From: Eledone cirrhosa
Taxonomy: Eukaryota
Assembly (NCBI GenBank): GCA_964016885.1
Contig: OZ024741.1
Location: 328,538,001-328,602,000 of the forward strand
Length of the DNA stretch: 64,000 bases
Reading direction: 5' to 3'
Shown in pieces: positions 11,878 to 24,092 of the stretch. Below the pieces are notes generated by a model. The model saw nothing but the letters and a program-made list of their open reading frames with translations. It did no database searches and was not told the DNA's origin. Position 1 is the first letter of the stretch. Each line of letters opens with the position of its first letter. A program made the position numbers and the translations under genes.

Positions 11878-13624
11878 TCTATATATATAAAACTGTGGTT
11901 GTCTGTCTGTCTATCGATTTTTGGCACACATCTCCTCTTAGAATCTCTCACGGAATTGCACCGAAATTGCTATACTTGTACATTGAGCCCTAGCGAAGAC
12001 ATCGGAAAAAAAATATTTCAAATTGACCCGCCCTATCTGACGAAATCGAATATAATGTATCGATTTTTGAGCGTAAGTGATCAGTTATTTCCCTTTGTTC
12101 TGTTTACATTGAGCATCTGCGTGCAAAAATTAAAAAAATTACGCTGGCTTTATCAGCGTTTAAAATGACATTAACACAATAATTTTTACTTGAAAACAAG
12201 TCTATTTGAAGACTACGTAAAACAAGCAAATATTTCGTAAAAAAAAGCAAAAATTATATAAGTTTATTTAAAATATATGTATCTGTAAATTTCGTTACGC
12301 GTGCAGTCAGTTTTATATATATAGATGATAAACAATAATATCCTCTATGAGGTCACTAAACCTGCTAGAAACAGCAGCTAACTCTCCCTCATATCACACC
12401 ACTCCCTACTGTCTTAAATTTAGAAAACACATATCATCTATGAGGTTACTAAACCTACTAGAAACAGCAGCTAACTCTCCCTCATATCACACCACTCCCT
12501 ACTGTCTTAAATTTAGAAAACACATATCCTCTATGAGGTTACTAAACCTGCTAGAAACAGCAGCTAACTCTCCCTCATATCACACCACTCCCTACTGTCT
12601 TAAATTTAGAAAACACATATCCTCTATGAGGTTACTAAACCTGCTAGAAACAGCAGCTAACTCTCCCCCATATCACACCACTCCCTACTGTCTTAAATTT
12701 CGAAAACACATATCCTCTATGAGGTTACTAAACCTGCTAGAAACAGCAGCTAACTCTCCCTCATATCACACCACTCCCTACTGTCTTAAATTTAGAAAAC
12801 ACATATCCTCTATGAGGTTACTAAACCTGCTAGAAACAGCAGCTAACTCTCCCCCATATCATACCCCTCCCTACTGTCTTAAATTTAGAAAACATATCTT
12901 CTATGAGGTCACTAAACCTGCTAGAAACAGCAGCTAACTCTCCCTCATATCACACCCCTCCCTACTGTCTTAAATTTAGAAAACATATCCTCTATGAGGT
13001 CACTAAACCTGCTAGAAACAGCAGCTAACTCTCCCCCATATCACACCCCTCTCTACTGTCTTAAATTTAGAAAACATATCTTCTATGAGGTCACTAAACC
13101 TGCTAGAAACAGCAGCTAACTCTCCCTCATATCACACCACTCCCTACTGTCTTAAATTTAGAAAACACATATCCTCTATGAGGTCACTAAACCTGCTAGA
13201 AACAGCAGCTAACTCTCCCTCATATCACACCACTCCCTACTGTCTTAAATTTAGAAAACACATATCCTCTATGAGGTCACTAAACCTGCTAGAAACAACA
13301 GCTAACTCTCCCTCATATCACAACCCTCCCTACTGTCTTAAATTTAGAAAACACACAGACAACCATGCAGAACAACTCCATCGCAGCTCTGTTGTTCGGC
13401 TGGCATCGTCTGCTCGCGTGTTGCGCAAGTACTGTGAAACAATAAATTTCAACACTTTTTTGCACAGAGATAATATCCATAGGCGAAACTACAATTGTCA
13501 CTGCTGGCGCAGCTCATGCTTCCAGGTCTGCAATTCATTCACCCAGTGCCTGGCAGACAAAAAAGTGCTGCAACCTAACTTTGGTAACTTAATGACCCCG
13601 AGCAACGCCGGGCTTTAATGCTAG
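11878..13624 (+). mobile_element. Non-autonomous Helitron carrying a minisatellite
   Basis: 5' A|TCTATATATATAAA. 3' hairpin CCCG-AGCAACGC-CGGG followed by CTAG|T. No TSD. Sibling at 54856-55499. Confidence 0.85.
12338..13353. repeat. Minisatellite, 11 units of 93/91 bp
   Basis: Unit ATATCCTCTATGAGGTYACTAAACCTGCTAGAAACAGCAGCTAACTCTCCC...TTTAGAAAACAC. Explains the 31 aa periodic ORFs. Confidence 0.95.
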
Positions 13625-13698
13625 TTTATTATAATAAATTGAAGTGAAAGCAACTGGTGCGTGTGTTTCTTATTGGCAACATGACCCTCCCAAAATAT

Positions 13699-13950
<252 letters not shown>

Positions 13951-14046
13951 CCTGGAGTTGCGACCGATAGATAGTATTAGCAATTGAAAAGACAAACGGA
14001 AACATTGTTTCCTCGGTCCGATTTGACGAAAGTCGATCGTTCCTTA

Positions 14047-14085
<39 letters not shown>

Positions 14086-14355
14086 GGAAAAAAGGAAATT
14101 TCATTTCTCACTCTTAGTACGGCTGTTACTTAAATATAAGTATGTATACGTACATACATATATGTATATAGACGTATAGTAGTATGTATATACATATACA
14201 TACATGCACACATATATATATATATATATATATGTACGTATGGGTTTACCGAACATTTATTATAATGCTCGGTTTGTTTGTAAACAAACATCCCGAATTA
14301 AGCCGTACAGTGTTCGGCAACCATTGTTGCCCTTTTGTTAAACACTGACAAAGGA

Positions 14356-14398
14356 ACGATGAACTAGTTTCTAACTTATTAGCTGTCATCAGCACCGT
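14356..14398 (-). ncRNA. Type I hammerhead ribozyme
   Basis: ACGGUG-CUGAUGA-CAGCUAAUAAGUUA-GAAAC-UA-GUU-CAUCGU. Confidence 0.8.
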
Positions 14399-14534
14399 AT
14401 ACCTTCCTGTCAATCGATTGAACGTTTGAAAGTATATACTTTCCTTATGCATATTAGCCTAAGTTTCATATCGAGTGAGTTAGTCGGCCGGGCGTACCGA
14501 AAACGATATTTTCAATCGACTGACAGGAATGTAT

Positions 14535-14577
14535 ACGGTGCTGATGACAGCTAATAAGCTAGAAACTAGTTCATCGT
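14535..14577 (+). ncRNA. Type I hammerhead ribozyme
   Basis: ACGGUG-CUGAUGA-CAGCUAAUAAGCUA-GAAAC-UA-GUU-CAUCGU. Confidence 0.8.
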
Positions 14578-14817
14578 TCCTTTGTCAGTGTTGAACAAAA
14601 GGGCAACGATGGTTGCCGAACACTGTACGGCTTAATTCGGGCTGTTTATTTACAAACAAACCGAACATTATAATAAATATTCGATAAACCCATACGTACA
14701 TATATATATATGTGTCGGCATGTATGTATATGCATATACATACTACTGTACGTCTGTATACATATATGTATATATATACATACTACTGTACGTCTGTATA
14801 TATATGTTTATTTACGT

Positions 14818-14871
<54 letters not shown>

Positions 14872-14875
<4 letters not shown>

Positions 14876-15237
14876 TGGCTGCCAACTCGTTTTCGAGTAC
14901 GGCCACTACTTTATATCCATGTAGGAGAACCCCTACGAAAACTCTGGTACAAACACTACATTTGTGACAATTATTGACACATAGTGCTGGGCCCATGGTA
15001 CCAGGTTACGACAAGTGCAGAGAGATCTCCAGATATAAAGGAATGCCTGTGCCGTGAAGCTTTTATAGTGAGCAAAGGCACTGCACAAAGCCAGTTCCAC
15101 TCTCTTAACCAAGATGATATTTACCAAAGATAAGAACAAGTCAACATCATTGGATACCATCAGGGTTGCAGGTGTTTTATCTGAGTTTTCCTTCCCCTAG
15201 AATTCTGCCTTGACAAAGGCTAAGGGGTCATCTCTCC

Positions 15238-15240
<3 letters not shown>
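14872..15240 (-). mobile_element. RTE-derived non-autonomous element, 5'-truncated with internal deletion
   Basis: Reverse complement of ~788-1196, lacking ~45 bp at ~14936. Confidence 0.7.
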
Positions 15241-15317
<77 letters not shown>

Positions 15318-15861
15318 CATACTTACATAAATAATATACACTCTTTCATACATACACACATAAATACACACATGCATATATTATATTGTATATATCAATA
15401 TTAATCTTCATCGTTTATATATCTGTCTGTGCTGATTAATCTCGCGTAACTACGTCATATCTAATCCATTATTTATTTAAAATCACTACAGAGTTGATAT
15501 CATCACTTTGCCAGATTTAGCTCCATAGACTCATCAAATGTTCATGCAGAATTTGTCTCTCACTGCATTCTTTTATACTTGTATTATTTAGTTCTTGTAT
15601 TGTTTTATACTTGTATTACTTAGTTCTTGTATTTACTTGCGGTTATGCTGAGGAACCGCCGTTGAGGGATTTTGTCGATTATATCAGCCTCAGTTCTTTT
15701 TTTTTCTTTTCAAATATGGCGCATATTATATCTATGTCGACGTTCGATTTCCTTTTCGTCAAATACTTACTTACAGTCTTACACAGTCTTACACACACCG
15801 GCACTTATATACACACATACACACAAGCATGCATATACATACATAGAAACATACATACATA

Positions 15862-16471
15862 CATGGTTGCTGCCAACTCGTTTTCGAGTACGGCCACTAT
15901 TTTATATCCATGTAGGAGAACCCCTACCGATGCGCTGAACGAGTGTGAACTTTTAGTCCAGCCAGCGACTTGAAAACTCTGGTACAAACACTACACTTGT
16001 AACAATTATTGACACATAGTGCTGGGACCATGGTACCATGTGACGACAAGTGCAGAGAGATCTCCAGATATAAAGCAATGCCTGTACCGTGAAGCTTTTA
16101 TAGTGAGCAAAGGCACTGCACAAAGCCAGTCCCACTCTCTTAACCAAGATGATATTTACCAAAAAGAAGAACAAGTCAACATCATTGGATACCATCAGGG
16201 TTGCAGGTGTTATATCAGAGTTTTCCTTCTCCTAAAATTCTGCCTTGACAAAGGCTAAGGGGTCATCTCTCCTGGTGATTTTGGATGGCCATTGACACTT
16301 AAGAGCTCCTTTGCCATTGGACAGGTTTTGTTTTTAGTCCTGCAGGATGTCCAAAGTCACCCTCCTCACGAAGAAACCTTGGTGGGGTTGCCAGTTTAGT
16401 CGCGAACGACCCGACCATGGGACAGGTTGTACTGGAATACATGTTACCAGTCGCACCAACTGGTGACCTGA
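15862..16471 (-). mobile_element. RTE-derived non-autonomous element, full-length copy
   Basis: Reverse complement of 590-1196, within (CATA)n. Confidence 0.7.
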
Positions 16472-16584
16472 CATACATACATACATACATACATACATAC
16501 ATACATACATACATACATACATACATACATACATACATACATAAGCCCACCTCGAATGCTGGGGAAAACACTATCGATAATAAT

Positions 16585-16700
16585 AATTGTTTCTACTTTA
16601 GGCACAAGGTCAGCAATTACACAGTGCATTACTGGTACTTTATTTTATCGACCCCGTAAGGATGAAAGGCAAAGTCCACCTCGACGGGATATGAAATCAG
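16585..16700. mobile_element. SINE-like fragment
   Basis: TTGTTTCTACTTTAGGCACAAG...ACTGGTACTTTATTTTATCGACCCC...GGATGAAAGGCAAAGTC. A partial inverted copy lies at 27558-27610. Resembles a common cephalopod SINE (from recall, not searched). Confidence 0.5.
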
Positions 16701-16714
16701 ATCGATAATAATAA

Positions 16715-19700
16715 TAATCGAATAAATGTGACACCACGTGTACTATCCGAGTCTACCTCGACTGTTGTGGAAATACTATCGATAAGGATAATCAAAAGTA
16801 TAAACAATTGAAAATTTCCCACAACGAAATCTTCCAGAGAGAAATTAACTCATGTATAAATATCTTTCTTGCTGAACGTGTTAAAACGACAATGTTGAAT
16901 AAAAAACCAAATAATGAAATACTACGTGTTATTGACAAAATAGGGGATGAATATTTACGACGGATAAAAACCCCAACATTTTGGCAAATCAACGCCTGTT
17001 TATATGCCCTAGCAACGACAGTGAAGCATTATCTTGGTGATAGCAGAGATATTAACAAGAATAAAACACCACCAAAAATACCATCATATATAACTAAATA
17101 GAAAAAAATATTGCTGACCTAGGAAAAAACATAGGATATGTGACAATGCTCCTTACATGCAAACAAACACACAAAAATCTCACTCCTCACCAACAAAGGG
17201 TGAAAAATAAAATAGAGACGATGTTAGGTAACAGTAGAACCAGAACTCTCCAATATAAGCTGATCACCCTCAAACAAGAATTGAGAGCTGTTAGCGAAAA
17301 ACGCCGATACCTGAAGAAGGTAGATGAGAGAAAAGTGCTTAATAAAAGATTCAGACGAAACCAAACATCAGTCTATAGAGATATGAAGGGCAAAATAATA
17401 AGTGTCACTGAGGCCCCATCCCAGAAAGACAGATTCCTTTTGGAGCAAAATATGGGGTGAAAAGAAGAATTTCAACCAAGATGCAGTGTGGCTCAAAGAA
17501 ATCCGAAAAAACTATTGCTCCTACACTACAACAAAAACATACGAAATAAGTGAGGGTACCCTTGAGACTGTGATAGGAAAACTACAAGATAAGAAAACAC
17601 CAGGAAGAGACATGATTGTCAGCTACTGGTACAAAAAACTGATATTCTATCGGAGGTATCTTACTGACCTCTACCAACAATTTCTTAAGGGAGATACACT
17701 TATACCAGAATGGTTGACATTAGCACAAACATTACTGCTCCCCAAGAACAAAGACACCCACTTGGCAAAAAACTACCGACCCATTGCATGCCAGAATCTG
17801 ATGTATAAGATGTATTCAGCCTGCCTGAACCTATTCCTCCAAGATCACTGTGAAAATAATAACATCATCACAGATGAACAAGCAGCTGGAAAGAAAGGGG
17901 TTTGGGGATGTGCTGAACAACTAATCAACAAAACTGCGATGTCGGAGGTACGACAACTTAGGAGGAATATGACTACAGTCTGGCCTGACTACAAGAAAGC
18001 TTTCGATTCTGTTCCCCACTCTTGGATGATAGAGGCCCTCCAACTTGCTAAAGTCCCAGACATTATTGTCAGGGCCATAGAGAGGCTGTCTTCTTATTGG
18101 GCTACTATCCTAAGGTTAAAGACAGAGAGGGAGGACTCTATTTTCACTGATAAAATAACATATTGCAGGGGTATATTTCAGGGGGACAGTCTCTCTGTGA
18201 TATTGATAATCTTGTCATTAAACCCCTTGTCCTTTCTGCTCAAGAAATGTGAGGGATACATCATTGGCTCAGAGGAGGACAGAAATACGAACCTAACCCA
18301 TAATTTCTTTGTGGTTGATCTGAAACTCTATGCCAAGAACATGGATGGGATGAAGAAAAATCTTGACCTGGTTACAACGTTCTCAAAGGATATAGGAATG
18401 GAGTTTGGCCAAGATAAATGCTCATACATGACTGTAAAGCGGGGAAGAACAACAACCCAATCTAGCAACGTTGTCATCAATGGTCTAACTGTTTCACCAA
18501 TATCTGATGAGGACTGCTACAGATACCTGGGGATAGATGAGAACATATCTTATAATGGTATCTGTAATAAAGAACGCGTAACCAGGGAATACCCGATTAA
18601 GAAAGATCTGGTCATCGGAACTCTCTGCGCATAACAAAACAGTGGCTCACAATGTGTTTGCTGTGCCTGTCCTAACACCAACGTATGGAATACTCAATTG
18701 GACGATAGACGAAATCCGATCAGTTGATGTTGGAACTCGAAAAATACTGAACAACACCGGAAACTTCCACGTCAACAGTGACATAGACCGCCTTTACTTG
18801 AAACGTAAGCAGGGAAGCAGAGCCCTAACATCAGTTCAGATAACATTTGAATGTCGCATCATATCTCTCCGACAACACCTACGAACCTCGAAGCGTAGGG
18901 GCCCGCTTCTCGAGCAAGTCTATCTGCATGAAACAGATAAGATCATGAGAGTTGGGAAGGAACTCCTTGAGAGATATTCCCTGTCTGATAAGCAAAAACT
19001 CACACCCAGGGATGTCGCTCAGCAGTATAGCAGTCAATCCATGGAAGAAAAACTGCATACTTATCAGCAAAAAATCATGCATGGATATGTTGCCAGGGAG
19101 CTCCAGAGTGAGAGTAATATAGATAAGGAAAGTAGTCTACCTTGGACCAACAACCGCTATATTGGCTCCTACTTTGAAGGATACGCTTTTGCAATCCAGG
19201 AACACGAGATTAGCACGAAATACCTGATTCACAAAAGAGATAGGAATGCAGACAAAACACCTAGATGTGATAACAAGTGCAGACTCTGCAGAACTAACAT
19301 CGAAGATATCAGCCATGTCATCAGCAGCTGTCCAAAGATGTCATCGCGGTACTATCTACCTATGAGGCATGATGTAGTGGCCAAAACACTGTACAATGCA
19401 GTTCGTAAAAAAGATAGCCCCGATAATAAAAACATTAAAAGCTACAACAATGTGGAAGACATCCATGTACATAATATGAAAGAGTACTAGTGGAATGTTC
19501 CAGTAAAAACCCCAATAAAATGCAGGCATAACAGACCAGATATTATGATATGGGACAGGGAGAAGAAAACATGCACAGTAGTGGAAATTAGCTGCCCAGC
19601 AGATGCCAATATAATATCAAAGATTAGTGAAAAGGAGAATATTTATGCAGAACTGATGAGAAATCTGCAGATACTCCACCCAGATTACACCTTCAGATTT

Positions 19701-20090
19701 ATGCCTGTGATTATTGGGGCACTGGATTATGTTAGTAACTGCCTCAATACAAATCTTGAGAAGCTAGGTTTCACAGGAACAACTAGTTAGGAAATTACAA
19801 GTACAATCCATTAATGGAACAGTAAAAATATGTAAAACATTCCAAAAGTGTTGCATCTAATAACTGCATATACACATGTACAGATACACAGCATATACAC
19901 ATGCACACATATAACTCAAAACATCCACATCCACACATACAATAACATCCATATCTACACATGCATGCATACATACATATCTACCTAGTTGATGTTGTGT
20001 AAATTCCAATGAGAGAGTCTTGTGTCTATTTTAGAAACCGACTCTCTCTCTATTGGTAAAACTTTGTGAAATTATAAAACCAGAAGAACA
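16715..20090 (+). mobile_element. Decayed R4/Dong-like non-LTR retrotransposon (RT, CCHC, restriction-like endonuclease)
   Basis: ORF pieces 16808-19790 contain KTPGRD, NYRPIAC, DYKKAFDSVPH, RGIFQGDSLS, F-VVDLKLY (catalytic D mutated), CRLC...HVISSC, RHD and RPDIMIWD...VEISCP. Several frameshifts and stops. Confidence 0.9.
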
Positions 20091-20091
20091 T

Positions 20092-20165
<74 letters not shown>

Positions 20166-20176
20166 TGACTGTTTTA

Positions 20177-20378
20177 ATTGATGGAATCGTGAGTACTTTA
20201 ACATTTTTATATGTTAATCTGTCGATACAGAAATTGCATTGATTTCAAAGCTTTAGGCATCTGACTGGGATGTTGTACTACAATTACTCCGTTGGGTATG
20301 CTCCAAACGAATTTGTTGAGAAAATTGTAAACAACATTGAAATCACTGGATATGAATCTAAACCCTTATTAGTATTAT
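20177..20378. repeat. ~200 bp direct repeat, copy 1 of 3
   Basis: Matches 23780-23978 and, in part, 27413-27560. Confidence 0.9.
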
Positions 20379-20400
20379 ATATATATATATATATATATAT

Positions 20401-21210
20401 AATGGAAAACGATAAATCAGAGATGCATCTGAACTAAATTTATTTTGTGTTACAATTGTTTCCCCGGCAGACAGCTCGAGACGTGATCATTGTGTGGATC
20501 TGTCTGATTCTGGACTCGCAGGATCGACGGAGACGTCTAATGATTTCGGAGCATATTCTCTCACTGGGGTATCTGACCCTCTGAGCCAGTATCATCACAA
20601 ACTTCATCCTCTTCGCGTGTCCTGTGATTGGCCGCTAGCTGTCTACGTCATCATAAATCTGACCATCAGGTAGCAGTCCGCTGACCATCAGGGCGATGTC
20701 TGTCCCATGTCTGCTACACTTCAATAAATTACTGCTCTGTTTGTTAGTTTACACATCCACGCGCGCACTCACACACACACACACAGACACACACAAATAA
20801 TCACATAGATAACGACAGTCGCACGCATAAACTCATGCTATACACATACACTTAAGGAGAACATATAAACATACGTATACATGCATCGAAAGACGCACGT
20901 ACATACCCAGACACATACCCACATGCCTATATACATCAACATACACACACACATGTGTGCATTCACATGCATACGCGCATATATACCCGTACACACAAAC
21001 ACGTACAGACATATACATAAACCCCAAACCCACGCACACATGCATATACGCACGTAACCATATACATATATACACGCACAGATACACACTCGCTCGCAAA
21101 CACACATATATATACACAAACAAGCCCTTTCCCTACAGGGGTGCTAGTACACACACTGGCTCATATACACTCCTACAATTATGCGCATATTCACATACAC
21201 ACCCACGTAT

Positions 21211-21265
<55 letters not shown>

Positions 21266-21371
21266 ACATAAAATGAATATACACACAAAGTCATATAAAG
21301 GTACACAATGGGTCATACATGAAAGGATGCATCTTGTTATACACATATACATACATAGAAAATGGACATAT

Positions 21372-21412
<41 letters not shown>

Positions 21413-23780
21413 TACACATACGTATATACATATATATATAAAAGTATGAAATATATTAAAAATATACATATAACGGCACATAGAGATACACAGTGGGCTA
21501 TACATGAAAGGGTGCGCCCAGTTGTATGTGTCTACAGAGATATTGTTACGTTGCGAACATGGATCAATCCACATATGGAATCTTCACGCAAAGCCACATA
21601 ATGGGCGTTCATGGTATTACAGTAAATAGTATGCGCAGACCGCACATAGAAAATGCGTGCAGAATATATATAAAAAAAGAAGGAATGTGTATGCATATGA
21701 GATAGTACACAAGAGAAGTATGATATATACACACGTGGGTCTGTATACGGAAAATACTTTAGGTGTTACAAAATGGAATACGTGGAGAGTATGCACTCCC
21801 TACTGAAAAGATACACATGCAGTGGTGTGAGTGGACCGGCCATGCTGGAGTATGTCCCTGTGGTTGAGGTATAGTGTCTTATTGGTGTAAGGCCTCTGAC
21901 TATCAATGGAATCCGGGTCAACCTGTCCCGGCTCAGGCGATGTTCCTGCCTAGGGTGACGTGAAGAGTCGGGTAGGCATCCTGGGTTATTTCGGCTTACC
22001 CCACGGGACATATATATTCAACAGGTCGGTGTGCACTCCGCCGCATGCCTTTAGCCTGAGCTGCGTGGTGGATTCCATGCAGAGAGTGTTCACCTGCTCT
22101 GGTGTCTGCACGTCATGATTTCAGGTTGACCGCATCGTCCTTCAGTCTGACTATCTCCATGGCCTCGGATAGGTATAGCCTACATTTTCTATTTCCAGCC
22201 GAACATGCATTCGTGTGCCGAACGATTCCCCAGTTGAGGGCATACGGGGTGGCTTTGTCTTTCAAGTCCCACACCAGGTCCGCCAGCCTAGTAGAGTGCC
22301 TCTTGCTCCAGTCCTTGAAGGAATTTGTGTGGTTATACATCCGCGATTTAAAGGTCGTGGATGTTGCGCCGATGTAGGTTCGCTTTATATTGTGCGTGCT
22401 AACCACACATTTATATACCAGGCCCTTCGTTAGGCATCTTCCCTGCAGGGGGCACTGTGTGCCCGCTCTGAAATTTCACGTTCTGTCATTATATTGTTCA
22501 TTTCGGACGCCTGGCCCTTGATCTGTCATAGCCCTCTTCCGGTTCTCTGGGTGTTGTTCTGCCGACACGGTGGTCACCCCTCCGCAACTCATTTCCGCCC
22601 GGCATCAGATTGTATCGTCTTCCGCGGGAGTGGCGGCCGCCACAAGAACCGGGTTATAGTTGGAAGACCTGGCTGTGAGGAGCCCTCCGGGCTCCGATGG
22701 ACGGTCATTCGGCCGCCGCGGTTGATGGTCGAGGTTCCCGATCTTCGCCGCGTTGGTTTTGGCCATGTAGTCGGCCATGTTAGTTGCGGTGGAGATGGAA
22801 ATGTTCACCGCGTGGCGGTTGAAGATCTTGTGGTATGTGCTCGATGGCGGGAGCACGCCTCTAACGCTCGGAAGAAGAGGCCTGGTAGATTGCTGCATAC
22901 ATGCTTAAAATACGACGCTTTAAACCATGTAACGGCCTTAGACCTTGTATTGTTCCTTCGTGTGTGTGTAGTAGCGTGAATGTGTGTTTGGGTCTGGTGT
23001 CCGCCTCGGGTTATGCCCGCCCGTTATTTCGTCCCCTATGTTTCCACTATCTATATGTCTACCGAGGGCGTTGGGGTTACGCCGTTCGCTTACTGAGGTA
23101 TTCGGTTTGGTATTGTCGGTTCTCCTGTTAATCTCGTTACTGCTATGTGGTGCTGTTGTCAGGGCTATATCATTGCCACAGGGCCGAGTGTTCCCTCTAT
23201 CGGGTTCCATGGCCACACTTGTCCTTACTCTGTCCCTAGTTCTAGTTTCCGCGACGCATGTGGTGCGCGTGCCGGGCTTCTGTCTACGTGTACTGTGTGG
23301 TCTGTCGCCCATGTGTGTTTCATCTGTCTTGTTGTCGGTCTTGTGTACTTGTGGTGATCTATGCTGCTACTCGTGTTCCTAGAAGCTAGTTCCGGATCGT
23401 TCCATTACCTATGGAAGTGCTCCTGCTATTGTCGTATCCGCACGCCTCGGCGCTAGGCACTTCCCTGTCCGTGGTGTACACTATATGGTTTCTGTGTAAT
23501 CGGTCCTGCGCAGTGCCTCATTATAATAGTCGGCGTGCTGGTTGAACACGTCTGCGTTGGCTGACAGAGTCGATACGCGTTTTGATACCCCTTTAACTCA
23601 CGCTTCTATGACTGACTTGGGGTGGTTCGATTGCCTGTTCACATATTACAGGTTCTCATTGGGCTTGTGATAAGGTCGGTGTATGCCCGTATTCATTTCC
23701 AGGGTAACGTCCAGGAAATTCACCGTCTTAGTGCTAGGATCTATCATCACGTATAAGCCGTGTTGCTTAAAAAGGTGCGA
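20401..23780 (-). mobile_element. Degenerate 5'-truncated Penelope-like element with long 3' non-coding region
   Basis: Minus-strand fragments VNFLDVTL...RPYHKPN...SNHP (23750-23620), YHKIFNR (~22830), CPLQGRCL..GLVY and YIGATSTTFKSRMYNH (22460-22320). Left boundary is inferred. Confidence 0.75.
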
Positions 23781-23976
23781 TTGATGAAATCGTGAGTACT
23801 TTAAATTTGTATATGTTAATCTGTCGATACAGTAATTGCATTGTTTTCAATGCTTTAGGCATCTGACTGGGATGTTGTACTACAATTACTCCTTTGGGTA
23901 TGCTCCGACGAATTTGTTGAGAAAATTGTAAACAACATTGAAATCACTGGATATGGATCTAAACTCTTATTAGTAT

Positions 23977-23978
<2 letters not shown>
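23780..23978. repeat. ~200 bp direct repeat, copy 2 of 3
   Basis: Abuts the truncated 5' end of the preceding PLE and is followed by (TA)n. Confidence 0.9.
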
Positions 23979-24008
<30 letters not shown>

Positions 24009-24020
24009 AATATAAATATA

Positions 24021-24090
<70 letters not shown>

Positions 24091-24092
<2 letters not shown>

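Larger units (their letters stand above)
14085..14825. mobile_element. Fold-back relative of the 486 bp retrozyme-like family
   Basis: 14085-14507 is one monomer homologous to 3260-3748. 14512-14825 is an inverted partial copy. One hammerhead in each arm. Confidence 0.85.

Noticed and set aside
12338-13353. CRISPR-like array or 31 aa repeat protein
   Set aside because: Whole units repeat with no unique spacers, there are no cas genes and the context is eukaryotic. The 91 bp units break the frame.
20450-20570. Hammerhead-like fragments at the 3' end of the decayed PLE (GAAAC AATT GTA; GAG...CTC CGAAA)
   Set aside because: No intact CUGANGA box with a matching stem I.
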